A stretch of 64,000 nt of DNA from Candidatus Latescibacterota bacterium (GTDB lineage Bacteria; Latescibacterota; UBA2968): assembly GCA_965116885.1 (NCBI GenBank), contig OZ220741.1, positions 928,001 to 992,000 on the forward strand, written 5' to 3'. Below, piece by piece: positions 39,876 through 48,052 of the stretch. The position numbers were made by a program, and so were the translations under genes. Within the stretch, counting starts at the first letter, position 1. Each line of letters begins with the position of its first letter. The notes below the pieces were generated by a model, which did no database searches, was not told the DNA's origin, and saw only the letters and a program-made list of their open reading frames with translations.

Positions 39876-41414
39876 ATGCGACCACTTGCCCTCTCCATAC
39901 TCGCGATCCTCCTCGCCGTTACTTCGCCACGCGCGGAAGCCCCCACCTTTAGCAAAGACGTCTCGTCCATCATATACAACAACTGCACATCGTGCCATCG
40001 AGACGGTGAAATAGGGCCTATGCCCCTCACAAATTACAGCGAAATCTCGGCTTATGCAGACATGATCAAACACGTCACAGAAACCCAGTACATGCCCCCG
40101 TGGAAACCCGATTACAACTACAGCCAGCACATCGGCGCAAGAACACTCACCAAAACAGAAATCAACACAATATCAAACTGGGTCAACGCCGGCTTTCCCC
40201 AGGGCGACATCGCCCTTGAAGCCCCCATGCCGGAATTTCCAACAGGCTCTGTACTCGGCACCCCCGACCTCGTACTCACCATGGCAGAACCCTTTACCAT
40301 CCGCGGCGACAATGAAGACCAGTACCAGGTCTTCGTCATCCCAACCCACCTCACAGAAGACCGGGAAGTCGAAGCCGTTGAATTTCGACCCGGCAACAGC
40401 AGAATCGTTCACCACGCCCTCATCGGCGCCGACATCACGGGCACTGCCCGCCAAAGAGACCTCGAAACCCCGGAATACGGTTACGAATCCTTTGGTGCAT
40501 TCGGCGCGCCAACCGCTGTTGTCCTCCCTGGATATACACCCGGTGCAAAACCCCCGATATATCCCAAAGGCGTTGGACACATACTGCCCAAAAACTCCGA
40601 CTTACTGATCCAGGTACACTACGCACCCTGGCCACTTGCAGAATCCGATCAATCCAGCATCAACATATTCTTCAAAAAAGAACCCATCGAAAGAGAAGTG
40701 GGTTTTATCACCTTCGCACCGCTCACCACGGACGGTGAAAGACTGAGCAGACTATTCAGGGTCCTGCTCGGAGAAGAGCGACACGGCGGCACCCCCGTAG
40801 AAAAAATCCAAATTAGCGATATCTTTATCATCCCGAAAGATCGAATCAAAACATTTCACACGACACTCTTCATCAATCGGGACATCAGCCTCCTGTCCAT
40901 CTATCCGCACATGCACTTGTTGGGCAAATCCTGGGAAATCTATGCCACGGACCCACAGGGCAACCGCACCAACCTCATCCGTATTGAAGACTGGGATTTT
41001 AACTGGCAGGGCAATTACACCTTCACCCAATATCAAAAAATAACTGCGGGATCCCAAATCCACGCCATTACCACCTACGACAACACCACAAACAACCCGC
41101 TCAACCCCAACTATCCCCCCCGCCAATCGACCTGGGGCGAAAAAACCACCGATGAAATGCTCCTGGCTGTCATGGAATACGTACCCTACCGACAAGGCGA
41201 TGAAAACATCGCCCTCACCGTTGGCCGGGGCGGCGAAATAAGCATAGACTTCAACGGCAATGGACAAAAGGACTTTGCCGACTTCCTCCTATTCGTCCAG
41301 AACTTTGGCCTGAGCCGAAGCGACACCAGCTATCAGCGTCACTTTGACCTCAACGAGGATGGACACATCAACTTTACCGACTTTATCATCTTCGCCAATC
41401 AATATGCGCAATAA
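39876..41414 (+). CDS. Exported copper type II ascorbate-dependent monooxygenase-like protein with a c-type heme motif and C-terminal dockerin/EF-hand-like domain
   Basis: CTSCH, MPPW, VHH, QVHY, PHMH, WDFNWQ, DEM; DFNGNG..DFLLF tail. Confidence 0.8.
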   Translation: MRPLALSILAILLAVTSPRAEAPTFSKDVSSIIYNNCTSCHRDGEIGPMPLTNYSEISAYADMIKHVTETQYMPPWKPDYNYSQHIGARTLTKTEINTISNWVNAGFPQGDIALEAPMPEFPTGSVLGTPDLVLTMAEPFTIRGDNEDQYQVFVIPTHLTEDREVEAVEFRPGNSRIVHHALIGADITGTARQRDLETPEYGYESFGAFGAPTAVVLPGYTPGAKPPIYPKGVGHILPKNSDLLIQVHYAPWPLAESDQSSINIFFKKEPIEREVGFITFAPLTTDGERLSRLFRVLLGEERHGGTPVEKIQISDIFIIPKDRIKTFHTTLFINRDISLLSIYPHMHLLGKSWEIYATDPQGNRTNLIRIEDWDFNWQGNYTFTQYQKITAGSQIHAITTYDNTTNNPLNPNYPPRQSTWGEKTTDEMLLAVMEYVPYRQGDENIALTVGRGGEISIDFNGNGQKDFADFLLFVQNFGLSRSDTSYQRHFDLNEDGHINFTDFIIFANQYAQ

Positions 41415-41419
41415 AAAAA

Positions 41420-41476
41420 GGGCAACCACGAAGGTTGCCCCTACAACAATGGGACTGCACAGGGACCGTCCTCTAC
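41420..41476. repeat. Two GTAG REP elements between convergent genes
   Basis: GGGCAACCACGAAGGTTGCCCCTAC and GGGACTGCACAGGGACCGTCCTCTAC; the second overlaps the TAG stop of 41473-42351. Confidence 0.7.
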
Positions 41477-42351
41477 GACACAACCCGCGTTGTCTCGCCA
41501 TCGGACGCCAGCAGGGGTAGCTGCCCCCCGTGGTGAACCCCGGGACCGTACAAAACCGCCTGTTGTTCAGGCGTCAACTCACTCACCCAATCGCCATAGC
41601 GTTCCTCGGGCGTAAAATACTTACCCACGGCGCGAGCCGCTGCGCGAGAAGCGTATTTATAAAGCACAGAACGCCGCTCCCCATCGCTGCGCCACGGCAG
41701 CGTACCATGCGTCATCGTCTCCGCAAAAAAGAGCACATCGCCCGCTTGCATCACCGGTTGATAAACCAGCCCCATATCATCCTCTACGGAACGCACCTCA
41801 GCGGGTGTCGGCTCCGCAGTCTTATGACTCCCCGGCACACAGGCAAACCCCCCATCGCCCTCATTCACATCCGTCAACTGCCACGCCACAGTAATACCCC
41901 GACAGAAAATCTTCCCATTCTGCTGGTGATACCACACCGACTGGCTAAACGGCTCCCCGCCACCGTGCAGTGTATGCCCCTCTGCACCCTTGTGCGCGCT
42001 GATCAACAGCGGCCCGTGATCCAGGCGAAAACCCTTGCCGCTAAACTCATTCAAACGACTCACCACAACCGGATGAACCAGCAACTTCCGAAACGGCTCG
42101 CGATAGGGTTCGGGCCAGCCCAACATACCCGTAAGCTCGCGCCTACCCTCTTTACCCGTAAGCGCGGACGACCCTCGCGCCAGACCCCCATCTTCAATAG
42201 ACCGCGTCCTGATCTCATCCCCATAGTGATCAATCGCATCATTGCACGCCTTGACCTCATCTGCGGACAATGCCCCCCGCACGACCAGATAGCCGCGCAG
42301 GTCAAAAAAGTACTTCTCCTCTTCACTCACTGTATAAAGATTGTTGCCCAT
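41473..42351 (-). CDS. PhyH-family Fe/2OG enzyme with HxG motif
   Basis: FDLRGYL, FRLDH, LHGGG, GGFACVPGSHK, ETMTHGT, RR. Confidence 0.85.
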   Translation of the reverse strand: MGNNLYTVSEEEKYFFDLRGYLVVRGALSADEVKACNDAIDHYGDEIRTRSIEDGGLARGSSALTGKEGRRELTGMLGWPEPYREPFRKLLVHPVVVSRLNEFSGKGFRLDHGPLLISAHKGAEGHTLHGGGEPFSQSVWYHQQNGKIFCRGITVAWQLTDVNEGDGGFACVPGSHKTAEPTPAEVRSVEDDMGLVYQPVMQAGDVLFFAETMTHGTLPWRSDGERRSVLYKYASRAAARAVGKYFTPEERYGDWVSELTPEQQAVLYGPGVHHGGQLPLLASDGETTRVVS

Positions 42352-42374
42352 GGTAAAACGCTCCTATTTTTATA

Positions 42375-43232
42375 CTACCCCTCTATCCGCACGCTCCCAT
42401 CCTCACAGACCTCCAGATACGGCACGCGGCCTTTGTGATTGGAATAGGGACCATACATAACCGACAACTGCTCGGGCGTCATATCCTCGACAATCTCTCG
42501 ATCCCAATAAATCTCCGGCGGCGACACCTCCTGAGAAGGACCGCCCCGCGCACACGTGCGCCCCGTGTATTTGAACAAAATGGACCGCCGCGTCGTATCC
42601 AACTTCCACGGCGTTGCGCCGTGTGCTTGCGCGCTATCCATAAAAAAGACGACATCGCCAGCCTCCACCACCGGCTGCTTAATCAAACCCATATCGTCAT
42701 CTCCAGTACGCACGCCACCTGGCATCGGAAACATCGCCTTGTGACTCGAAGGCACACAGGCAAACCCACCCATCCCCTCTTTGCAATCGTGCAATTGCCA
42801 CGCCACAGTCACACCGCCAACCCAGGTCTTGCCATTTTGATGGTGATACGCGACATGCGGGCGATGCGGCTCGCCATTTCCGTGCATCGTATGGCCCGCC
42901 GTACCCTTATTACTCACAATAAACATCGGACCGTGATCCAGCCGAAACCCTTTATCGCACATCACATTGAGATACTTCACCAGCACCGGGTGTGCCAGCA
43001 TCTCCCGGAAAGGTTCACAATCCGGTTTTGGAAATTCCAGAATACCGGGCAACATAGGACGCCCCGTACCGGCAAAAGCGACCGACTCCCTCGCCGTTGA
43101 ACCGCCGACCTGAACCCGGTCCCAGTAGCGATCCACAATATCATTCGCCCGCGCAACCTCTTCCTTTGACAACACGCCTTTCACGACGAGGTATCCCGTC
43201 AAATCCCAGAAATATCGCTCGCGCGCATCCAT
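42375..43232 (-). CDS. PhyH-family Fe/2OG enzyme with HxN motif
   Basis: WDLTGYL, FRLDH, MHGNG, GGFACVPSSHK, QAHGA, RR; paralog of the adjacent gene. Confidence 0.85.
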   Translation of the reverse strand: MDARERYFWDLTGYLVVKGVLSKEEVARANDIVDRYWDRVQVGGSTARESVAFAGTGRPMLPGILEFPKPDCEPFREMLAHPVLVKYLNVMCDKGFRLDHGPMFIVSNKGTAGHTMHGNGEPHRPHVAYHHQNGKTWVGGVTVAWQLHDCKEGMGGFACVPSSHKAMFPMPGGVRTGDDDMGLIKQPVVEAGDVVFFMDSAQAHGATPWKLDTTRRSILFKYTGRTCARGGPSQEVSPPEIYWDREIVEDMTPEQLSVMYGPYSNHKGRVPYLEVCEDGSVRIEG

Positions 43233-43345
43233 AAGGCTTCTCCTTTTGAGATAGGTAAATACTTTTCAACATGAACATCAATGAACCTGAAATTTCTAAA
43301 AGTCAATTTTTTTCGACAGGGCAGGGTGAGAAAAACGGCTTTTTA

Positions 43346-44215
43346 TCAAAACAAATCCATCTGCACAGGCGCCTCTACAACCTGCTCCGCGGGCCAGGGC
43401 GGCATCTCGCCGACATCTATATCCCCAGACAACATCTGGTGAAAATGGCGCGCCAAATGCGGTGCGTAAAAATCATCGGGCGCGTGCATAAACACAAACG
43501 GCGTTCGCCCCTCGCGTATCCAATTGGCAACCACCGGCACCCACTCTGCAAGAAGCGGCAGATTCTTCTCAACCTCCGGATGACCGACAAACCTCACAAA
43601 AGGAAAACGCCCCGTCGCAAGAAACCGAACGGGAACCTTTGGCTTCTTTCGCTGTGCTTCGCGCCCTGCAACATCATCCGTCTGAGCACTGTGCAACCCC
43701 CGCGTATCAAACACCACGCGATCCACGCCATGACTTTTGAGCACCGCATGCAACTCATTTTCTGCCTCGGCAAAAAACAGATGGTGCCGAATCTCCACAG
43801 CATAAGAAAATGTATCGGGCAGCGTGTCCAAATACCTGTCCAATACCGGCAAATCGCGCGGCCCATAAGAGGGAGGCAACTGCAAAAATGACGGACCCAC
43901 CCGATCCTGTAACACCGTGAGAACATCTACAAACGCGGCCGTCTCCAGTTCGGCATTTCGCAACCGCTTATCGTGGCTAATCGCACGCGGAAACTTGAGC
44001 GCAAAACGAAACCCCGGCGGCGTATCAGCCAGCCAGCGCATCGCGGCCTTATCCGAAGGCAAACCGTAAAAAGTGGTATTCCCCTCCACAGTATTAAACA
44101 CAGAGGCGTATTGCTTCAAAAAATCTTTCTGCACAACATCGGGCGCAAACAACTCGCCCACCCACTCCTTATTGCCCCAAATCGGACAGCCTAAAAAATA
44201 ACGTTCGATACTCAT
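43346..44215 (-). CDS. DUF72 domain protein (YecE family)
   Basis: LGCPIW, FNTVEGNTTFY, FRFALKFP, LQLPP, VEIRH. Confidence 0.9.
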   Translation of the reverse strand: MSIERYFLGCPIWGNKEWVGELFAPDVVQKDFLKQYASVFNTVEGNTTFYGLPSDKAAMRWLADTPPGFRFALKFPRAISHDKRLRNAELETAAFVDVLTVLQDRVGPSFLQLPPSYGPRDLPVLDRYLDTLPDTFSYAVEIRHHLFFAEAENELHAVLKSHGVDRVVFDTRGLHSAQTDDVAGREAQRKKPKVPVRFLATGRFPFVRFVGHPEVEKNLPLLAEWVPVVANWIREGRTPFVFMHAPDDFYAPHLARHFHQMLSGDIDVGEMPPWPAEQVVEAPVQMDLF

Positions 44216-44223
44216 AACAGCCT

Positions 44224-45792
44224 CTATATAGACCCCTTGCCACCCACCCACAACCCCACAACACACGGCTGATCCTTATCGCTAAACGGATTGACCAAAT
44301 CAGTATTAAACCCACCCCAATCACTCGACTTTTCCATCTCGCCACTGCTCCGCTCACCCGTCAAAATTGCCATCCAATCCACCGCTATCGGTGTCCCCTC
44401 TCCCACATCGGACAAATCGATACGCGTATCGCCGCCCTCGGGTAAATACACCAGATACACATCCCCTGCCAGCGCCAGACAAAGACCGCGCTCCACATAC
44501 TCATTATCCCCAACCATCTGATTAAACGGCAGCCCCTCCAAAAAATCCCGCAACTCCCGATACCTCATCCAGCTCTCTGGCACCGGCTCAAACTTAATCA
44601 AATCCCACGACGTATTGTCATAATAATAACACGGATATGCACCAGCCGCATAAATCGCCCACGTCCACTTCAAAATATCATCCCACTCGGCAGTCGTGCG
44701 CCCGCGATAAGTCTTGAGCTGTTCCTCGGCAAGCTCATACCCGTATTCCACATTCACATAAGGCGTACCCGAATTCCGCATCCTGCGAATCGCCTCTCGA
44801 TTATAGCGCGCCGCATCGGACAAATGCACCTGATCCGTCACAAAATCCGACTGGCGATCCGGTTCAGACAGCGTACCCGCGTTTCGAAGTACAACATCGT
44901 GCACCGTCAGCAAATGCCCATACGCATCTGCCTTGCGAATAATAGCCATGCGATCCAGAACATAATCGTGATCGCCCATCTCGCGAAACAGATTCTTGCT
45001 CTCCTTGCCCACATCCCAGATCACATTCCCAAACGCCTGGTACCGCGCAACCGCATAGCGCCAGAACCGATCATCTGCCTCTGTCTCGCGCGCTGGCCAA
45101 TTCACCTGCTTATTTTGCACCTGCAACATCAGATGAACCACAATCCCCTTCCCGTGCAAATAGCGCATCAAGCGGTCAAAATCGCGAAAAAAATCGATAT
45201 TCATCCGCTCGTGATCCGGCGCATCATTCGCGCCCTCGAACAAATACATCTCCGGAGGACCAAAAAGGTACTCGGGCAACATCTGGCGCGTATCGTCATT
45301 CGGCCTTGAACCAAAACCCGTATGGGCGTACAAATTCATAACAAAACAATTGAACCCCCGGCTCGCAACCAGATCGACATGCCGATAACACCGCTCGGCA
45401 TCTGCCTGGTGATAGCTAAACAACCAATCGCACTCAAAACCCAGATATAAAAACGGCGTACCATCAGACCATGCAAACCGCTGTGGATATTCCGGATCAA
45501 TACCCACCAGACCATGCACATCAGCGTTCTCATTCCCCACACACTGCACACGCCACTCAGCCCCATCCAGCCCCGAATGCTCAGACCGCGAACGCCCCGT
45601 CCAAACACCTTCTACACCCGGACTAAACCGCACAACCCATTTATCCCCATCAAAAAAACCGGGCAAATCTTCAACCACCTCGCCCAGTTCATGAGTAAAA
45701 GTTGCCGTCACCTCGACCGCAAACGGATTTTTATCCCCCACATCCGAATACAATTCAAAATCGCACACCGCGTATTGTTGCACCTCTACCAT
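44224..45792 (-). CDS. DUF5060/DUF4038 (apiosidase-like) putative glycoside hydrolase
   Basis: NPF..V.ATF..GFFDG..W.VRFSP N-terminal domain; DGTPF, YAVARY.AFGNVIW, EYGYE. Confidence 0.7.
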   Translation of the reverse strand: MVEVQQYAVCDFELYSDVGDKNPFAVEVTATFTHELGEVVEDLPGFFDGDKWVVRFSPGVEGVWTGRSRSEHSGLDGAEWRVQCVGNENADVHGLVGIDPEYPQRFAWSDGTPFLYLGFECDWLFSYHQADAERCYRHVDLVASRGFNCFVMNLYAHTGFGSRPNDDTRQMLPEYLFGPPEMYLFEGANDAPDHERMNIDFFRDFDRLMRYLHGKGIVVHLMLQVQNKQVNWPARETEADDRFWRYAVARYQAFGNVIWDVGKESKNLFREMGDHDYVLDRMAIIRKADAYGHLLTVHDVVLRNAGTLSEPDRQSDFVTDQVHLSDAARYNREAIRRMRNSGTPYVNVEYGYELAEEQLKTYRGRTTAEWDDILKWTWAIYAAGAYPCYYYDNTSWDLIKFEPVPESWMRYRELRDFLEGLPFNQMVGDNEYVERGLCLALAGDVYLVYLPEGGDTRIDLSDVGEGTPIAVDWMAILTGERSSGEMEKSSDWGGFNTDLVNPFSDKDQPCVVGLWVGGKGSI

Positions 45793-45896
45793 CGGATAAA
45801 TCCCCTATTTATAAGACTTAATCACATAATACAACAACACACCCAGCACAATAACCACAACCCCCACCCAGATCAGCGCCCAAAACTGAACATCCA

Positions 45897-46706
45897 TCAC
45901 TCACCATCCTCAATCGACACATCACGCACATCATCTGTCCAATCAACCCAGATATCATCTCCCGGGGGTTCTTCCTGAAGCTGGGGCATATCGTTCAGCT
46001 TGAAATCGTACAACACCGCCTTTCGGATCTGCCGCGAATAATTGGCCGACGCCATATGCCCAATGCGGTGGTGCCAGAAAACAATATCGCCGGGTTCGCC
46101 ATGCGTCTGATATGAATTCTCGTCACAAGATTGAAACGCCTCTCTATGCTTCTCCATCCGGGGCAATGGCTCCCTGAGATAGCGCGTCTGGTAATCGAAA
46201 AAAAACGTGCGATGGCTCTTAGGCCACACCGTAAAACCACCGCCATCTTCGGGCACATGATCGATATAACCCACCACTGCAAAATTGAACGCATGGGCAT
46301 CCACATGCAAATGACGCGGTTGGCGCGGGACATCGCCATAGGGCAACGTACAATAAATACCGCGCACACCTGCAGGCTCTGGAAAATTCCCCTTACCCAG
46401 CATCTGTTCAGCAGCACCCCACACAACCGGATTCTTTGCCAACAGCTCAATCATCCAGGGCTCTCTGCCCACCTTGCGGTATTGCCAGCGATAACCGCGC
46501 TTGTAATTGCTCTTATCCATTGATTCCTCTTCCGGCTTAATGGGACCGACCCAGGAATCCGGATCATCTTTCTTCAAACTCGGCGGCGGATCGTCCCACA
46601 GGCGTTCCCGCGCACGGGCGCACAACTCCGGATCCAGAGCGCCCTTCTTCACCAGATAGCCCTCGCGTTTAAAAAAACGGATCTCGTCTTCTGTAAGCAC
46701 AGACAT
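45897..46706 (-). CDS. PhyH-family Fe/2OG enzyme, canonical HxD
   Basis: FFKREGYL, HLHVD, GGFTVWPKSH, GDIVFWH..IGH..R. Confidence 0.85.
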   Translation of the reverse strand: MSVLTEDEIRFFKREGYLVKKGALDPELCARARERLWDDPPPSLKKDDPDSWVGPIKPEEESMDKSNYKRGYRWQYRKVGREPWMIELLAKNPVVWGAAEQMLGKGNFPEPAGVRGIYCTLPYGDVPRQPRHLHVDAHAFNFAVVGYIDHVPEDGGGFTVWPKSHRTFFFDYQTRYLREPLPRMEKHREAFQSCDENSYQTHGEPGDIVFWHHRIGHMASANYSRQIRKAVLYDFKLNDMPQLQEEPPGDDIWVDWTDDVRDVSIEDGE

Positions 46707-46797
46707 GACTCTCTCCTCTTTTGTGCGAATTGATACTGTCAATCCAATTATAGGCACTTACCTATCGTGAAAAAAGTATAAAGTGACCTGATACAAC

Positions 46798-46827
46798 AAA
46801 AAACCCGGTCTTAATAATGAGACCGGG
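46798..46827 (-). terminator. Intrinsic terminator
   Basis: Minus strand CCCGGTCTC...AGACCGGG-TTTTTT. Confidence 0.6.
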
Positions 46828-46874
46828 GAGAAATTTCATATTTGTAGTGGCGCATTCGAGAAGCCCTTTTCTGT

Positions 46875-47162
46875 TCAGGGCTTAGCAAAGGTCATAATGA
46901 TCGAAACGGCTGTACCGACATTTGCAAGCAACACAACGACCAGCAGGCCAATAAGCCACCTGAAATTGCTGTTATTGCGAGTATCCATGTTGGTCAACCG
47001 GGTGTCCATGTTGGTCAACCGAGTGTCTATATTGGAAAAGCCGTTGTCAACGCGGGTTTCAAGGCCAGTCAAGCGCGTGTTCATTTGTTCAGCAATTCCC
47101 TCGACGCGCGCCAGGCGGGCGTCCATTTCGGACAGTTTGTCTTGTGGTGTCGGAATCTGCAT
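46875..47162 (-). CDS. Small coiled-coil protein with a C-terminal TM helix (DUF1640/XhlA-like)
   Basis: Heptad repeats (DTRLTNM) encoded by 21-bp repeats at 46978-47040; FRWLIGL and TM helix. Confidence 0.6.
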   Translation of the reverse strand: MQIPTPQDKLSEMDARLARVEGIAEQMNTRLTGLETRVDNGFSNIDTRLTNMDTRLTNMDTRNNSNFRWLIGLLVVVLLANVGTAVSIIMTFAKP

Positions 47163-47298
47163 GGGTTTCTTTTTTTGTGTGTAGTGGTCTATACTCCGTC
47201 TATGGAATTATACCAGACCTTTTAGAATTAAGCAAGTCCTATCGGCGTTTTTTAGCATTGCCCTGTTATACTTCGCCTGTGTCTTTACTCTAATTTAC

Positions 47299-47649
47299 CT
47301 ACCCCTCATCCCGCTGATACGACGCCGTAATCTCGTGATCTATACCCCCGCGAATATTGAAACGGCTGATCACCTCCATCTCGACCGGATCGCACAGCGC
47401 CACCAGATCGTTCAAAATCTGATTCGTCACAGGCTCCATATAAATCCCCTGATCTCGGAACGACCAGAAATAGTGCTTCAGCGACCGCAACTCCACACAC
47501 CGCTGACCTGGAACATACCAGACCACAATCGTCGCAAAATCCGGCTGCCCCGTCTTGGGACACAGCGACGTAAACTCCGGAAACGTAAACTCAATCGTAT
47601 AACGCCGCTCCGGATTCGGATTGTCAAACGCCTCTAATATGGAACTCAT
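47299..47649 (-). CDS. queF: NADPH-dependent 7-cyano-7-deazaguanine reductase (unimodular)
   Basis: PEFTSLCPKTGQPDFA (catalytic Cys/Asp), VELRSLK QueF motif, RGGI. Confidence 0.9.
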   Translation of the reverse strand: MSSILEAFDNPNPERRYTIEFTFPEFTSLCPKTGQPDFATIVVWYVPGQRCVELRSLKHYFWSFRDQGIYMEPVTNQILNDLVALCDPVEMEVISRFNIRGGIDHEITASYQRDEG

Positions 47650-47658
47650 ACCTCATCC

Positions 47659-47702
47659 TTCACACTTCACATCTTATCTGCGTTCATCTGCGTCATCTGC
47701 GG
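47659..47702. repeat. TTCACACTTCAC plus (ATCTGCG)x3 short-repeat element
   Basis: The same composite occurs at 35077-35127. Confidence 0.6.
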
Positions 47703-47703
47703 A

Positions 47704-48048
47704 TCATACTTCATCCTCGCGCTCGTACATCACAGACACCCGCGTCTCAATCCCCCCCCGCACCGTAAAATCACCCGTCACATCTAACGTCACAGGATCG
47801 CAGGCCGCTACAAAATCATCTACAATCCTATTAACCACACCCTCGTAAAACACCTTCTCATCCCGAAACGACCCCAAATACCGCTTCAGCGACATCTGCT
47901 CCACACATACCTCTCCCGGCACATAAGAAATCGAAATCGCGGCAAAAATCGGCTGCCCCGTCACCGCGTACAGCGCCGTAAACTCCGACGTCTCAAAATC
48001 AATCGTATAAACCCGCCCGCGCTCGGGATTGTCAACACATTCTAACAT
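47704..48048 (-). CDS. QueF-like T-fold paralog lacking the catalytic Cys and Asp
   Basis: SEFTALYAVTGQPIFA, VEQMSLKRY, RGGI; colinear with the adjacent queF (alternative TTG start at 48060 overlapping the upstream stop). Confidence 0.8.
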   Translation of the reverse strand: MLECVDNPERGRVYTIDFETSEFTALYAVTGQPIFAAISISYVPGEVCVEQMSLKRYLGSFRDEKVFYEGVVNRIVDDFVAACDPVTLDVTGDFTVRGGIETRVSVMYEREDEV

Positions 48049-48052
48049 AAAA

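Noticed and set aside
47299..48048. QueF pair as part of a 7-deazaguanine DNA-modification (dpd) or phage island
   Set aside because: No tgt/dpdA, queC, queD, queE, folE or phage genes are nearby.
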